Shown here: positions 37,984 to 47,267 of the stretch, one piece after another
Position numbering within the stretch: position 1 is the first letter of the stretch
Layout: the number at the start of each line of letters is the position of its first letter
Origin: Candidatus Bathyarchaeota archaeon
GTDB lineage: Archaea > Thermoproteota > Bathyarchaeia > TCS64
DNA length: 64,000 nucleotides
Reading direction: 5' to 3'
Assembly: GCA_963771885.1 (NCBI GenBank)
Contig: CAVYVF010000002.1
Span: forward strand, 384,001-448,000
The notes under the pieces: generated by a model
Told to the model about the DNA's origin: nothing
Database searches by the model: none
What the model saw: only the letters and a program-made list of their open reading frames with translations
Program-made: the position numbers and the translations under genes

Positions 37984-38886
37984 TCAGCGAATGTAAGCAC
38001 CAAGGCCGGACTGCGAGGGGCTGAATCCTTCCAGGTCTTCAGATATCCTCCGCCCAGTGAGGGCATGGATATTCACCGAGTAAATTATGCCCGTGTTCTC
38101 CAGGTATAGTATAGGCCCCTTAGCGCCAAGTATTTTCCCCGCTATCGCTACGTTGTCCCTTATCTTCACATCGATTGGGCGAACTTTAGTCTGGGGAAGC
38201 TCGTATACGGGAGATAATAGGGTTGTTGCCTCGTCTATCCGAGCTGCGAAAGGTAGTATTTGACGTATCTTATCCGTAAACTCTTCGAGGCTTTTAAGAC
38301 CCCATTCTAGCTCTCTCGGGTCAGTGAACGCTGTTTTCTCATCGGCCTTGACACGTTTCAGTGCGCCTAGTTCGTCCTGTATCCTTTTCTCGTAGACCCT
38401 CACCTCACGGCCGTTCCCCGCTAGGACCCTACGTGCCGCGTCTGCGCCTTGCTCAATCCACCTCTTCTCGACCCTTCGCCCCTGAGAGACGCCTGCCTTG
38501 ATCCTGTCGCCGAAGACTGCGAGGTAGACGAATGCCTCACTCCGCTCGCATGCCTCCCTAACACTTTGGTGGGCGGAGCATGATTCACCCGTGCAGCGGG
38601 CGCAGGGGCCGGATGCGTCGTTCGTTGCGCATGCTCTGCACTGGTTCCCGGAGTCGGCCAGGGAGGAAGTGGGGCATGGAACGCGTTCCTTCCAAGAGTC
38701 CATCATCGAGTAGTCGCGCGTGACACGTGAGTGACCGACGCAGAACCTCCCTCTACCGATCCTGAAGGAGATGTTCTTATCTCTCTCTAGAACGACCTTG
38801 CCGGGGTTGTCGGCCGTCAACAGCTTCACCCGCCAAACGCCATCGAGGTTCTCCCACTGTGTGGCGTAGACGAGCCGGACGGACAT
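37984..38886 (-). CDS. DUF2797-like Cys-rich protein
   Basis: RFCVG, CP...QCRAC, VYLAVFG..IKAGVS..RR...RWIEQGA, GAKG. Confidence 0.7.
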   Translation of the reverse strand: MSVRLVYATQWENLDGVWRVKLLTADNPGKVVLERDKNISFRIGRGRFCVGHSRVTRDYSMMDSWKERVPCPTSSLADSGNQCRACATNDASGPCARCTGESCSAHQSVREACERSEAFVYLAVFGDRIKAGVSQGRRVEKRWIEQGADAARRVLAGNGREVRVYEKRIQDELGALKRVKADEKTAFTDPRELEWGLKSLEEFTDKIRQILPFAARIDEATTLLSPVYELPQTKVRPIDVKIRDNVAIAGKILGAKGPILYLENTGIIYSVNIHALTGRRISEDLEGFSPSQSGLGAYIR

Positions 38887-38964
38887 CGCACTGTACTGGG
38901 TGTGTGTGAATCATGAACCCTTCGATCGCGAAGGTTTGAAGTCCCATGAGGTGCATTTTGGGCT

Positions 38965-39400
38965 ATGAACGTCATCGAGTCGAAGGACGGGAATACGATT
39001 GCGATCGGGCTTGGCCCCGATGAGAGGTTGCTCGAGTCGATTAAAGAGGTCATCAAGTCTCACGGCGTCAGGGATGGTGCCGTCGTCTCCGGTATTGGGA
39101 CACTGAAGAGGTGTCACATGCACTACGTAAACACCAAGGGATTCCCCGCTGAGAACCGCTTCTACGTCGCTCGAGGAGCCGCTGGAGATAGTGGCGATCA
39201 GCGGGCTGATCGCGGACTACGAGCCTCACCTACACATGGCGGCGGGGTGTCGTGACCAGAAGGCCTACGTGGGGCATATTGAGGATGGGTGCGTCGTCCT
39301 CTACCTCGCAGAGTTACTGATAACGAGGCTCAACATGGGGCTAAAACGCGAGGTCGACGCGAGTCACGGCGTCTCGTTGTTGAAGGCTCGGTCTAGCTAA
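38965..39400 (+). CDS. PPC/DUF296 domain protein (1-nt frameshift near 39169)
   Basis: SGIGTL; after the shift PLEIVAISGLI...PHLH...GHI..GC.VLYLAE. Confidence 0.85.
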
Positions 39401-39405
39401 AAGAT

Positions 39406-39490
39406 TGGTGCAGGGGGTGGGGCTCGAACCCACGGAGGACTAACCATCAGGTCCTGAACCTGACCCCTTTGGCCACTCGGGAACCCCTGC
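39406..39490 (-). tRNA. tRNA-Leu(CAG)
   Basis: Acceptor stem GCAGGGG/CCCCTGC, anticodon arm TCAGG-TTCAGGA-CCTGA, long variable arm, GTTCGAGC, encoded CCA. Confidence 0.95.
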
Positions 39491-39506
39491 CCGTAAAATG
39501 GAGTGG

Positions 39507-39908
39507 CTAGTGCTTTAGCGTCGTAAGGTGCTGTTTATACTTTTCTGCGTCCATCATCTTCGCGGCGTTAGCGGCCCAGTTGCTGGGCTTGACCTTCGCG
39601 ATCCAGCCCTCGCCGTAAGGGTCGCTGTTGATCTTCTCGGGGTTGTTGAGGAGCGCCTCATTGACCTCGACGACGATGCCGGTGACTGGGCAGTAAAAGT
39701 CGGATACCGCTTTGACGGACTCGACGGCGCCGACGGCCTCGCCCTGCGCCACGTTTGCGTCCTTCTTTGGGAGCTCAACATAGACTATCTCGTGGAGCTG
39801 TGCCTGGGCGTAGTCGCTAATGCCGATCGTCACGACGTCGCCGGGCTTTGCCCACTCGTGCTCACTCGTGTAGAGTAATCCAGATTCGATCTTTGTTTCG
39901 TCTGTCAT
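39507..39908 (-). CDS. gcvH: Glycine cleavage system H protein
   Basis: HEWA, GISDYAQ, VESVKAVSD lipoyl-Lys, NSDPYGEGW. Confidence 0.96.
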   Translation of the reverse strand: MTDETKIESGLLYTSEHEWAKPGDVVTIGISDYAQAQLHEIVYVELPKKDANVAQGEAVGAVESVKAVSDFYCPVTGIVVEVNEALLNNPEKINSDPYGEGWIAKVKPSNWAANAAKMMDAEKYKQHLTTLKH

Positions 39909-41032
39909 GCCTTTACCCTCTTCCAACCGTACTTAGTCTCATCATAAAATGGGTGGTGCTTAACTATCTTTCCCTTGACGAGGTTCGCCCTGATCTTGAT
40001 CTGGATCTCCTTGCCGGGCTCCTTGTACTCGGGTGGGAAGTAGGCGAGCGCGATGCTCTCGTCGAGCGTCGGGGCGACGCCTCCGCTTGTGACGATGCCG
40101 ATCTTCTTCTCGCCGTCGTAGACCTCGTAGCCGTGGCGGGGGATGCCGCGCTCAGTGAGCTGGATGCCGAGGAGAGTCCTCGTGACGCCCTTCTCGATTA
40201 TGCCCTCGAGCGCCTTCCTACCGCTGAAGTAGTTGGGCTTCTTCATCTTAACGACCCATTTGAGACCCGCCTCGATGGGGTTGGTGGTCTCGTCAATGTC
40301 GTTGCCGTAGAGCCAGAGACCCGCCTCTAGGCGCAGGCTGTCGCGTGCACCGAGGCCGCATGGCTTGGCGCCGGCGGCGACGAGGTCGTTCCAGACCTTT
40401 AGGCTCTTCGTCGGGGTAGCGATTGGGTCGTCGAGTATGAAGACCTCGAAGCCGTCCTCCCCCGTATATCCGGTCCGAGCCGCTAGGCAGTCGAATCCAC
40501 TTAACGTTAGGGGTGCGATGTTGAACCTCTCGATTGCGCTGGGGTTAGTGGCGCTGATCTTCGCGAGGACATCAACTGCGGTAGGTCCTTGAATTGCTAT
40601 CATGCCGACCTTGTCGCTCATGTCGGTGAGCTTGACCTTGAATCCCTTGGTGTTCTTCTGCAGCCATGCGAAGTCCTTGGCGCGGTTACCCGCGTTATAG
40701 ACTACGAGGAACTTCTCGGCGTTAAGTCTGTAGACAATGAGGTCGTCGACTATGCCGCCGTCTGGCTTGCACATGTTGCCGTAGATACCCTTCCCGTCGG
40801 TGAGGGAGGAGATGTCGTTCGTGTCGACGTAGTCGAGGAACTTGACAACGTCTGGGCCCTCGGCGTAGACCCTTCCCATGTGACTCGTGTCGAATATCCC
40901 GCACGCCTCGCGGACGGCTTTGTGCTCGGCGATGATGCCCTCGTACCAGACGGGCATCGCGAAACCGCCGAAGTCGACAACGTTGCCGTGCTCAGCGTGG
41001 TATTGGTAAATGTGCGTCTTCCTGAGCTCCAA
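39905..41032 (-). CDS. gcvT: Glycine cleavage system aminomethyltransferase T
   Basis: FDTSHMG, RTGYTGEDGFE, GLGARDSLRLEAG. Confidence 0.96.
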   Translation of the reverse strand: MELRKTHIYQYHAEHGNVVDFGGFAMPVWYEGIIAEHKAVREACGIFDTSHMGRVYAEGPDVVKFLDYVDTNDISSLTDGKGIYGNMCKPDGGIVDDLIVYRLNAEKFLVVYNAGNRAKDFAWLQKNTKGFKVKLTDMSDKVGMIAIQGPTAVDVLAKISATNPSAIERFNIAPLTLSGFDCLAARTGYTGEDGFEVFILDDPIATPTKSLKVWNDLVAAGAKPCGLGARDSLRLEAGLWLYGNDIDETTNPIEAGLKWVVKMKKPNYFSGRKALEGIIEKGVTRTLLGIQLTERGIPRHGYEVYDGEKKIGIVTSGGVAPTLDESIALAYFPPEYKEPGKEIQIKIRANLVKGKIVKHHPFYDETKYGWKRVKA

Positions 41033-41093
41033 ACCGGATTACCGGTTAGATATGCAATGGGGGGATGGTTAAAACCCTATCTGGATTGCGGAG

Positions 41094-41265
41094 CTACTTG
41101 GCTCCACAGGGGAGAACCTCGACGCCGTCCGTGCTGAACTTGAGGTCCTTCTTGCACTTCGGGCACTTGCCCTCGATACTTCTTAATGACGTCCTGCGGA
41201 GACTTTAGCAGATCCCCTTCGTATAGGACTTCTTTACATGACTTGCACATAATCTTCTGAGGCAA
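41094..41265 (-). CDS. Small Zn-ribbon protein (1-nt frameshift near 41175)
   Basis: Corrected sequence MPQKIMCKSCKEVLYEGDLLKSPQDVIKKYEGKCPKCKKDLKFSTDGVEVLPCGAK, two CxxC pairs. Confidence 0.7.
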
Positions 41266-41400
41266 ACCTGCTCACTGTCCCTTGATGCTCTCAGCTAAGT
41301 GCATATAAACATCATCATGCAGCGTCTAGTTTCGGCCCCCACTTCATGTATAAATGGTTATATTGCCAGCTCACGCATCATTCGAGGAAGGAGTCAAAGT

Positions 41401-41799
41401 ATGTCCTCGGCAGGCAAAGGGAAAGACATCCCTAAGATGCGCGTGAATAGGCAGCTCGAGAGGCTCTCAAGCTACGCGGGTGTCGCAATGATAATCATGA
41501 TAATCTTCATCCTCGGTGGCGGTGTATACGATATCATCAATAAACCGAGCTCTACTGTCGTAACATCAAGCGGTGCATTATCATCGATAAGCCCCTATTC
41601 TGGAGAACAGACGATTAACGAGAGCATCGTCAGTATGTTTCTCTACGCCTCTGGCTTTGCCGGGTTATACCTCGTTTATGGGGCTACGCAAGTAATGTAT
41701 GATAAGTCGAAGGCCAACCTCAACTTGATGGTTGGTGTCTCCCTTGCCCTGATCGGTTTCGTGGGGGCGTATGTCCTACTCGCTTTGAAGAACGCCTGA
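41401..41799 (+). CDS. OST3/OST6- or OSTC/DC2-like three-TM membrane protein
   Basis: FILGGGVYDIINKP...EQTINESIVSMFLYASGFAGL. Confidence 0.6.
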   Translation: MSSAGKGKDIPKMRVNRQLERLSSYAGVAMIIMIIFILGGGVYDIINKPSSTVVTSSGALSSISPYSGEQTINESIVSMFLYASGFAGLYLVYGATQVMYDKSKANLNLMVGVSLALIGFVGAYVLLALKNA

Positions 41800-41889
41800 T
41801 AACGGAAGCAAATTTTACGTTTTTTTAGAGTTTATCCCGAAACTATAAAGTCTTTATACTTAAATCAGGTCCAAATTAGAGGATAGTAT

Positions 41890-42351
41890 ATGTCATTCTT
41901 TGACAAGGTCAAGAGCGGTGCAGGCAAGGTCGCCTTTGAGGCGGACAAGGTAGCTGACGCGAAGAGGGTCGAAATGGATATCGGTGGATTGAAGAAGCAG
42001 ATCAACGAAATCTACACGACTCTTGGCGAGATGTCCTACCGCCGATATGCGGCGACGAACCAGGAGGCCCCCGAGTTCCTTGAAGTGTGTCAGAGGATCC
42101 TCGCCGTGGAGCAAAAGATCACAGCTAAGCAAGAAGAACTGAAGCAGATAAACGCGAGGATCTGGCAGGCACCCCAACCACAGCAGCAATATCAGGCCCC
42201 CCCACAGTCTTACTCTCCGCCGCCTCAGCAACAGTACAACGCCCCTCCGCCACCCCCGCCACAGCAAGGCGGCAAGTTCTGCCCGAGCTGTGGAACAACC
42301 TTGAACGACACTACAAAATTCTGTAGCAACTGTGGCGCGAAGGTAGCCTAA
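41890..42351 (+). CDS. Coiled-coil, Pro/Gln-rich linker and double zinc-ribbon protein
   Basis: KFCPSCG...KFCSNCGAK. Confidence 0.8.
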   Translation: MSFFDKVKSGAGKVAFEADKVADAKRVEMDIGGLKKQINEIYTTLGEMSYRRYAATNQEAPEFLEVCQRILAVEQKITAKQEELKQINARIWQAPQPQQQYQAPPQSYSPPPQQQYNAPPPPPPQQGGKFCPSCGTTLNDTTKFCSNCGAKVA

Positions 42352-42421
42352 GTTCCCCGACGACTAAGCCGATTCATTTTCTTGGAAAGCTCTTATTGGC
42401 ATGTGGATGCCTATTTAGCCC

Positions 42422-43315
42422 GTGGCTTTGTTGAAGCGAATAGGTTTCATCGGGCTTGGTCTCATGGGCAGCGGTATGACCATGAACATACTCAAGGCGG
42501 GATTCCCTCTCACGGTGTGGAACAGGACAGCTTCACGCGCGGAGCCCATCGTGAAGGCTGGGGCGAAGCTGGCTAAGACGCCGAAGGAGGTCGCGGAGAA
42601 GAGCGACGTGGTCATCTCGATAGTCACCGACTCGATAGATGTCGAGGAGGTCCTCCTCGGGACGAACGGCGTCATCCACGGCGTCAAGCCAGGGATGATA
42701 GTCATCGATATGAGCACCATCAGCCCCATCAGGACTCGTGAGATAGCGGCTAAGTTCAAGGAGAAGGGTATCAAGATGCTTGATGCCCCAGTAAGCGGCG
42801 GCGACATTGGCGCTCGGAACGGCACTCTGAGTATCATGGTGGGCGGTGATAAGGACGCCTTCGACGAGGTTGTCCCCGTCTTCCAAGCGATGGGCAAGAC
42901 CCTCACTTACATCGGCGGCAATGGTGACGGCCAGATATGCAAAGCGGTAAACCAGATACTCGTCGGCATGAACATGCTAGCTGTAGCGGAGGCACTCGTC
43001 TTCGCCAAGAAGGCTGGCGTCGACCCGAAGAAGGTTCACGCCGCTGTTTCCCCAGGAGCCGCTGGCAGCTGGCAGCTAACCAACAACGGCGCCAAGCTCC
43101 TCGTCGGCGACCATGAACCCGGCTTCAAGGTGAAGGACTACCTGAAGGACCTGCGCATCATTATGGAGACAAGCGATAGCATCAAGATGCCACTCCCCGG
43201 GACAGCGATCGTGCAGCAAATGTTCAAGAACCTCGACGCCGAGGGAATGAGGGACAAGGGAACACAAGCGGTAGTAACCGCGGTGGAGAAGCTGGCGAAG
43301 GAAAAGCTAGCCTAA
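42422..43315 (+). CDS. Beta-hydroxyacid dehydrogenase (tartronate semialdehyde reductase/3-hydroxyisobutyrate dehydrogenase family)
   Basis: GFIGLGLMG, DMSTISP, DAPVSGG, CKAVNQ, KDL. Confidence 0.9.
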   Translation: MALLKRIGFIGLGLMGSGMTMNILKAGFPLTVWNRTASRAEPIVKAGAKLAKTPKEVAEKSDVVISIVTDSIDVEEVLLGTNGVIHGVKPGMIVIDMSTISPIRTREIAAKFKEKGIKMLDAPVSGGDIGARNGTLSIMVGGDKDAFDEVVPVFQAMGKTLTYIGGNGDGQICKAVNQILVGMNMLAVAEALVFAKKAGVDPKKVHAAVSPGAAGSWQLTNNGAKLLVGDHEPGFKVKDYLKDLRIIMETSDSIKMPLPGTAIVQQMFKNLDAEGMRDKGTQAVVTAVEKLAKEKLA

Positions 43316-43361
43316 ACCTTTAAACAGTCCCGCCCCCTTCAAACAGCTTACGGTGGAAGAG

Positions 43362-44628
43362 TTGGCAAGGGATAGTTTTCCCGTACCCTGAACAGGGTAA
43401 GTTCTCCCAGCTTGTACAAGTCGAAGGCCACCTCATCGATTCCATGATACTCACCAAGATACTCGATGTCATCATGGATCGTAAGGGTGATTTTGAGTTC
43501 CTAGACTTCAAGATTGGAAGACGCAAGAACGACTACAGCAGTACCTCGATCATGATATTCGGAGAGAGTCGGGAGCACCTCGACGAGATAGTCGATGAGG
43601 TCCTACGACTAGGGGCTGTCATGCCCGAGGCGAGCGAGGTGGAGTACGATGCCTCGCCGCGGGACATGGTTTTACCTGACGACTTCTACTCGACCACGAA
43701 TCACCCAACCAGTGTGTACCTCGGCGGCGGATGGGTGGAGGTCGAGGGGCTTATGATGGATAAGCAGATTGTCGTCGACCCGGTGGGGAGACGGGCCTGG
43801 TGCAAGCCGATAGGCCTCGTTAGACGGGACGACCTCGTCGTCAGGGGTGAGAAGGGGATCAGGATCAAGCCCCCGGAGAGGCCTAGGGAGGGCGTCGGAG
43901 TCTTCGAGTTCATGAATGGCGAGGTCTCACCTGAGAGGCCGGCGACCTCCATCATCCGCAGGATCGCCAAGGAGCTAAAGGAGACGAAGGCACACGGTGG
44001 TAAGGTAGTCGTCGTGGCCGGCCCGGCGGTGATTCACACGGGTGCTGCCTCACATCTAGCACGTATGGTTGAGTTAGACTACGTCGACGCGCTGCTTTCG
44101 GGGAACGCTCTGGCGGTCCACGACATCGAGTACGCACTCTACGGCACGTCCTTGGGTGTCGAGTTGGAAGAGGGTGGCAGCAAGAAGGAGCCGCGTAATC
44201 ACATCTCAACGATAAACGAGGTCATCAAGGCGGGCTCAATGAAGGCGCTCGTGGATGCGGGGCGGGTGAGGTCGGGCATCTTCTACCAACTCACAATGAA
44301 GGAGATCCCCTATGCTCTCGCGGGCTCAATCAGGGACGATGGTCCGATACCCGAAGTCATCAAGGACTCGGGAGAGGCTCAGGTGAGGTACAGGGAGTTA
44401 GTGAGGGACGCCGACTTCGTCCTCATGCTCGCCTCGACCCTTCATTCCATCGCGGTGGGGAACATGCTCCCCTCGACAGTCAAGGTTGTCTGCGTCGACA
44501 TCAACCCGGCTGTCGTGACGAAGCTCAGCGACAGGGGCACAAGTCAGGCGGTGGGAGTCGTCTCCGACGTAGGTGCATTCGTCCCGCTCCTCATAGGTGA
44601 ACTTGAGAAACTGGGTGGTTGTGGATAA
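43362..44628 (+). CDS. TIGR00300 family (LOR/SDH, ornithine cyclodeaminase-like) protein; start probably frameshifted
   Basis: In-frame EGHLIDSMIL upstream of ATG 43444; FYSTTNHPT, FEFM, GNALAVHDIE, GSIRDDGP, TKLSDRGT. Confidence 0.88.
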
Positions 44629-44690
44629 CTACGTTTTATGACTACTACCCATTATAACGAAAAAATATATTGTTTTTAAAATAATAGAAG

Positions 44691-44807
44691 TGGTCCCGCC
44701 TCCGGGATTTGAACCTGGAACCACTCGGTGTCTGCTCAAGGCCTGATTGCCTTCGCCCCGCGGGGCGGAAGCTACAGCCGAATGCTCTACCATTGAGCTA
44801 AGGCGGG
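44691..44807 (-). tRNA. tRNA-Tyr(GTA) with 42-nt intron at 37/38 (44730-44771)
   Basis: Acceptor stem CCCGCCT/AGGCGGG, CTGTAG anticodon, CTGT/GCAG central helix of the BHB, TTCAAAT, CCA. Confidence 0.93.
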
Positions 44808-44849
44808 CTCCGCCAAATGGAGTCTTCAGGGAAAATATAAGCCCTATGG

Positions 44850-45951
44850 TTATACGCAGCTACCCTTCCGGGGGAAAACAGCTCGGATGTTCTTCCCAAA
44901 GGGAGGCTTGATGACTCCGACTTCGGTTATGAAGCCCATAATGTATTTGGCGGGGGTGACGTCGAAACTGGGGTTCAGCGCTGTTGTACCTTCGGCTGAG
45001 ATACGCACTTTGGTATAGTTGCCCCCCTCGTCGACGCCCCAGACCCAGTTGACCTCATCGGGGCTTCTCTCCTCAATCTCGATGGCGTCACCGTTGCGGC
45101 ATCTCAAGTCAAAGGTCATTTTAGGGGCGGCGACGTAGAATGGTACTCCGTTCTCGTGGGCAAGGACCGCCTTCTCATATGTGCCTATCTTGTTTGCGGT
45201 GTCCCCGTTGGCAGCGATCCTATCCGCGCCCACGATTACTAAATCAACATCGCCGCGGCGCATGTAGTGACCCGCAGCGTTGTCCGCGATTAGTGCGTAG
45301 GGTATTCCCTCCTGCTGGAGCTCCCATGCCGTGAGCCTCGCGCCTTGGCTACGGGGTCGCGTCTCGTCTGCGAAGACGAAGATGTGCTTCCCAGCCCTGT
45401 GCGCCGAGCGTATAGGGGCGAGGGCTGAGCCGTTGTCTATGAAGGCGAGGGCGCCGGCGTTGCAGTGTGTGAGCACACGGCAACCGTTCTTGATGATGGC
45501 GCTGCCATATTTTCCCATCTTCCTCGATGCGTCGAGGTCCTCGAGGGCTATCTTGTCCGCCTCCGTACACGCCGCCGCGACACGCTCCTCGACGCTGCCC
45601 TTTGAGGCTGCTTTGGCGACCCGATCGATTGCGTGGAATAGGTTGACTGCCGTGGGGCGCGTGCACCTCAATTTGGTAGCGGCGAAGGAGACATATTCCT
45701 TGAACTCTCTTAGCTTCTTGGTCTTTGGCTTCTAGCGCCGCTTGGGCGACGCCGTATCCGCCCGCAACGCCTATGGCTCCCGCTCCTCTGACCGCCATGT
45801 CGCGTATAGCCTCCGCCGTCTCACTGTGGCTCGTTAGCGTGAGTATCTCGAACCTGTGGGGGAGGAGGCGCTGGTCTATCATCTTGACAGCTGCGCCTTC
45901 CCTCCAGAGAGTCCATAACTCCTTCGTCTCGCCGTTGAAAGTTACCTTCAC
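44850..45951 (-). CDS. mtnA: Methylthioribose-1-phosphate isomerase (1-nt frameshift near 45725)
   Basis: IDQRLLP, VRGAGAIG, TRPTAVNL, THCNAG, DETRP, GADRIAANGDTANKIGTY. Confidence 0.93.
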
Positions 45952-46601
45952 TTTATCACTTCCCCGCTCTTCTTCGCCCAGAGGTAGAGATCCATCATGC
46001 CGAGTGGCATGTCGAGTCTCGCCGCCACACGCGTGAGGATCACCTCGTATTCAAGATACTTCTTCCTCGTCACCGTCTCGGGTCGCTCCGCAATTATGCT
46101 CTGCTCGACCATGTGGCTGAGTATGTGCTTGTCGACGATGGCGAGGTCTAGGTATCCAACGTTCCGGAGGAAGTGGCTCGCCTCCTTCATACCGAGGCCC
46201 TTGATGTTCTCGACCAGCCACTCCCTCGCGGCGCGGCTACTGGGCTGGCTCGTTATGGTCTTCTTCAGGTCGCCTCTGTGGCGGCGCGCCTCGAGTATGA
46301 ACTCCGCCCTCTTGTTGGGGAACCTGTGCCTGTGCTGCAGGCACGCCCTGAGCTGCTCCAGGCTGCCCTTATCCATGGTGTATCCCTCCTTTAGGGAGGC
46401 AATACAGGCAAGTGCGCCACGGGCGCTGTAGTTCGCTGTGAGCAGACAGAAGACGAGCTCCTCGAACCATCGCTCCTCGCCCTCCCGCTGGGCTTGGCGA
46501 AACTCCTCGATGCGGGCCTCTACCTTGCGACGCGTCTCTGGTTTGCCCACCTCCACACGCACTACGGTGGCGAGTCGCTCAAGGGCTTCGTCGGGTTGCA
46601 C
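45948..46601 (-). CDS. ogg: 8-oxoguanine DNA glycosylase/AP lyase (start uncertain)
   Basis: ELVFCLLTAN, HRFPN, KGLGMKEASHFLRNVG, DLYLW. Confidence 0.92.
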   Translation of the reverse strand: MQPDEALERLATVVRVEVGKPETRRKVEARIEEFRQAQREGEERWFEELVFCLLTANYSARGALACIASLKEGYTMDKGSLEQLRACLQHRHRFPNKRAEFILEARRHRGDLKKTITSQPSSRAAREWLVENIKGLGMKEASHFLRNVGYLDLAIVDKHILSHMVEQSIIAERPETVTRKKYLEYEVILTRVAARLDMPLGMMDLYLWAKKSGEVIK

Positions 46602-46730
46602 GATCCATAACGGCAGCGTGGCTCCTCTTAAAACTGTAGAGGGCAATTTTTGCCGTCCCCGTGTAAACAAGGGATACGGATACAGTTATACTCGCAGCGG
46701 CTGGGCTATTCTTCATCAGGTGTATCTGGC

Positions 46731-47267
46731 TTGTCGGTCGATGTCAACCTCATTGAATATGAGAACACGCCCGTCAAGCTGGTGGCGCTCAGGAAGACGC
46801 CGAAGATAGAGACCCCGGGACTTACCCTCGACGAGGTAGACGAACGTAAAGAATTCAGCGTACCCTTCTGGGTAGCCTGCGTCATCGTCGAGGCGGGCCT
46901 TGCTAAGTGGGGCGAGGAGGGGCTGACGACAGAGGAGTGGACGTCAACCCACTTCAAGGAACGCTTCAACCCGGGCGGCGCGCCGGGGGCCCTTCCGAAG
47001 GACTTCTACGCCAAGGCATACGTGAGTCTTCAACTCTCGGCGAAGGCTGCGGAGGGCGACGCCGCAAAGACTGAGCAGATCAACAGGCTGCATGCCAGGT
47101 TCAGGGAGATAATTGATAGCCGTGTCGGTAAGGTGACGCGCATTGCGACAACAGAGACGGCGTTGCAGCCAGGCATACTCCAGCCCGAGGAACAAGTGCT
47201 CTATTTAGAGCTCGAGCGCATCGTCTCCGGCTGGCGCAAGGACGTCAGGAGGCTGAGTACCCGGTAA
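46731..47267 (+). CDS. GINS complex subunit (Gins23-type)
   Basis: B-domain first (VPFWVA), LPKDFY, R..K, L.PEE; directly upstream of mcm. Confidence 0.75.
   Translation: MSVDVNLIEYENTPVKLVALRKTPKIETPGLTLDEVDERKEFSVPFWVACVIVEAGLAKWGEEGLTTEEWTSTHFKERFNPGGAPGALPKDFYAKAYVSLQLSAKAAEGDAAKTEQINRLHARFREIIDSRVGKVTRIATTETALQPGILQPEEQVLYLELERIVSGWRKDVRRLSTR

Noticed and set aside
28341..39490. Genomic island integrated at tRNA-Leu spanning parB to the bsh locus
   Set aside because: No integrase and no duplicated tRNA 3' end was found by eye; core genes (pfdB, PAC2) lie inside the span
42170..42270. CAG/CCG-rich repeats as a CRISPR or DNA repeat
   Set aside because: They simply encode the Pro/Gln linker of the zinc-ribbon protein; no CRISPR array was seen anywhere in the window
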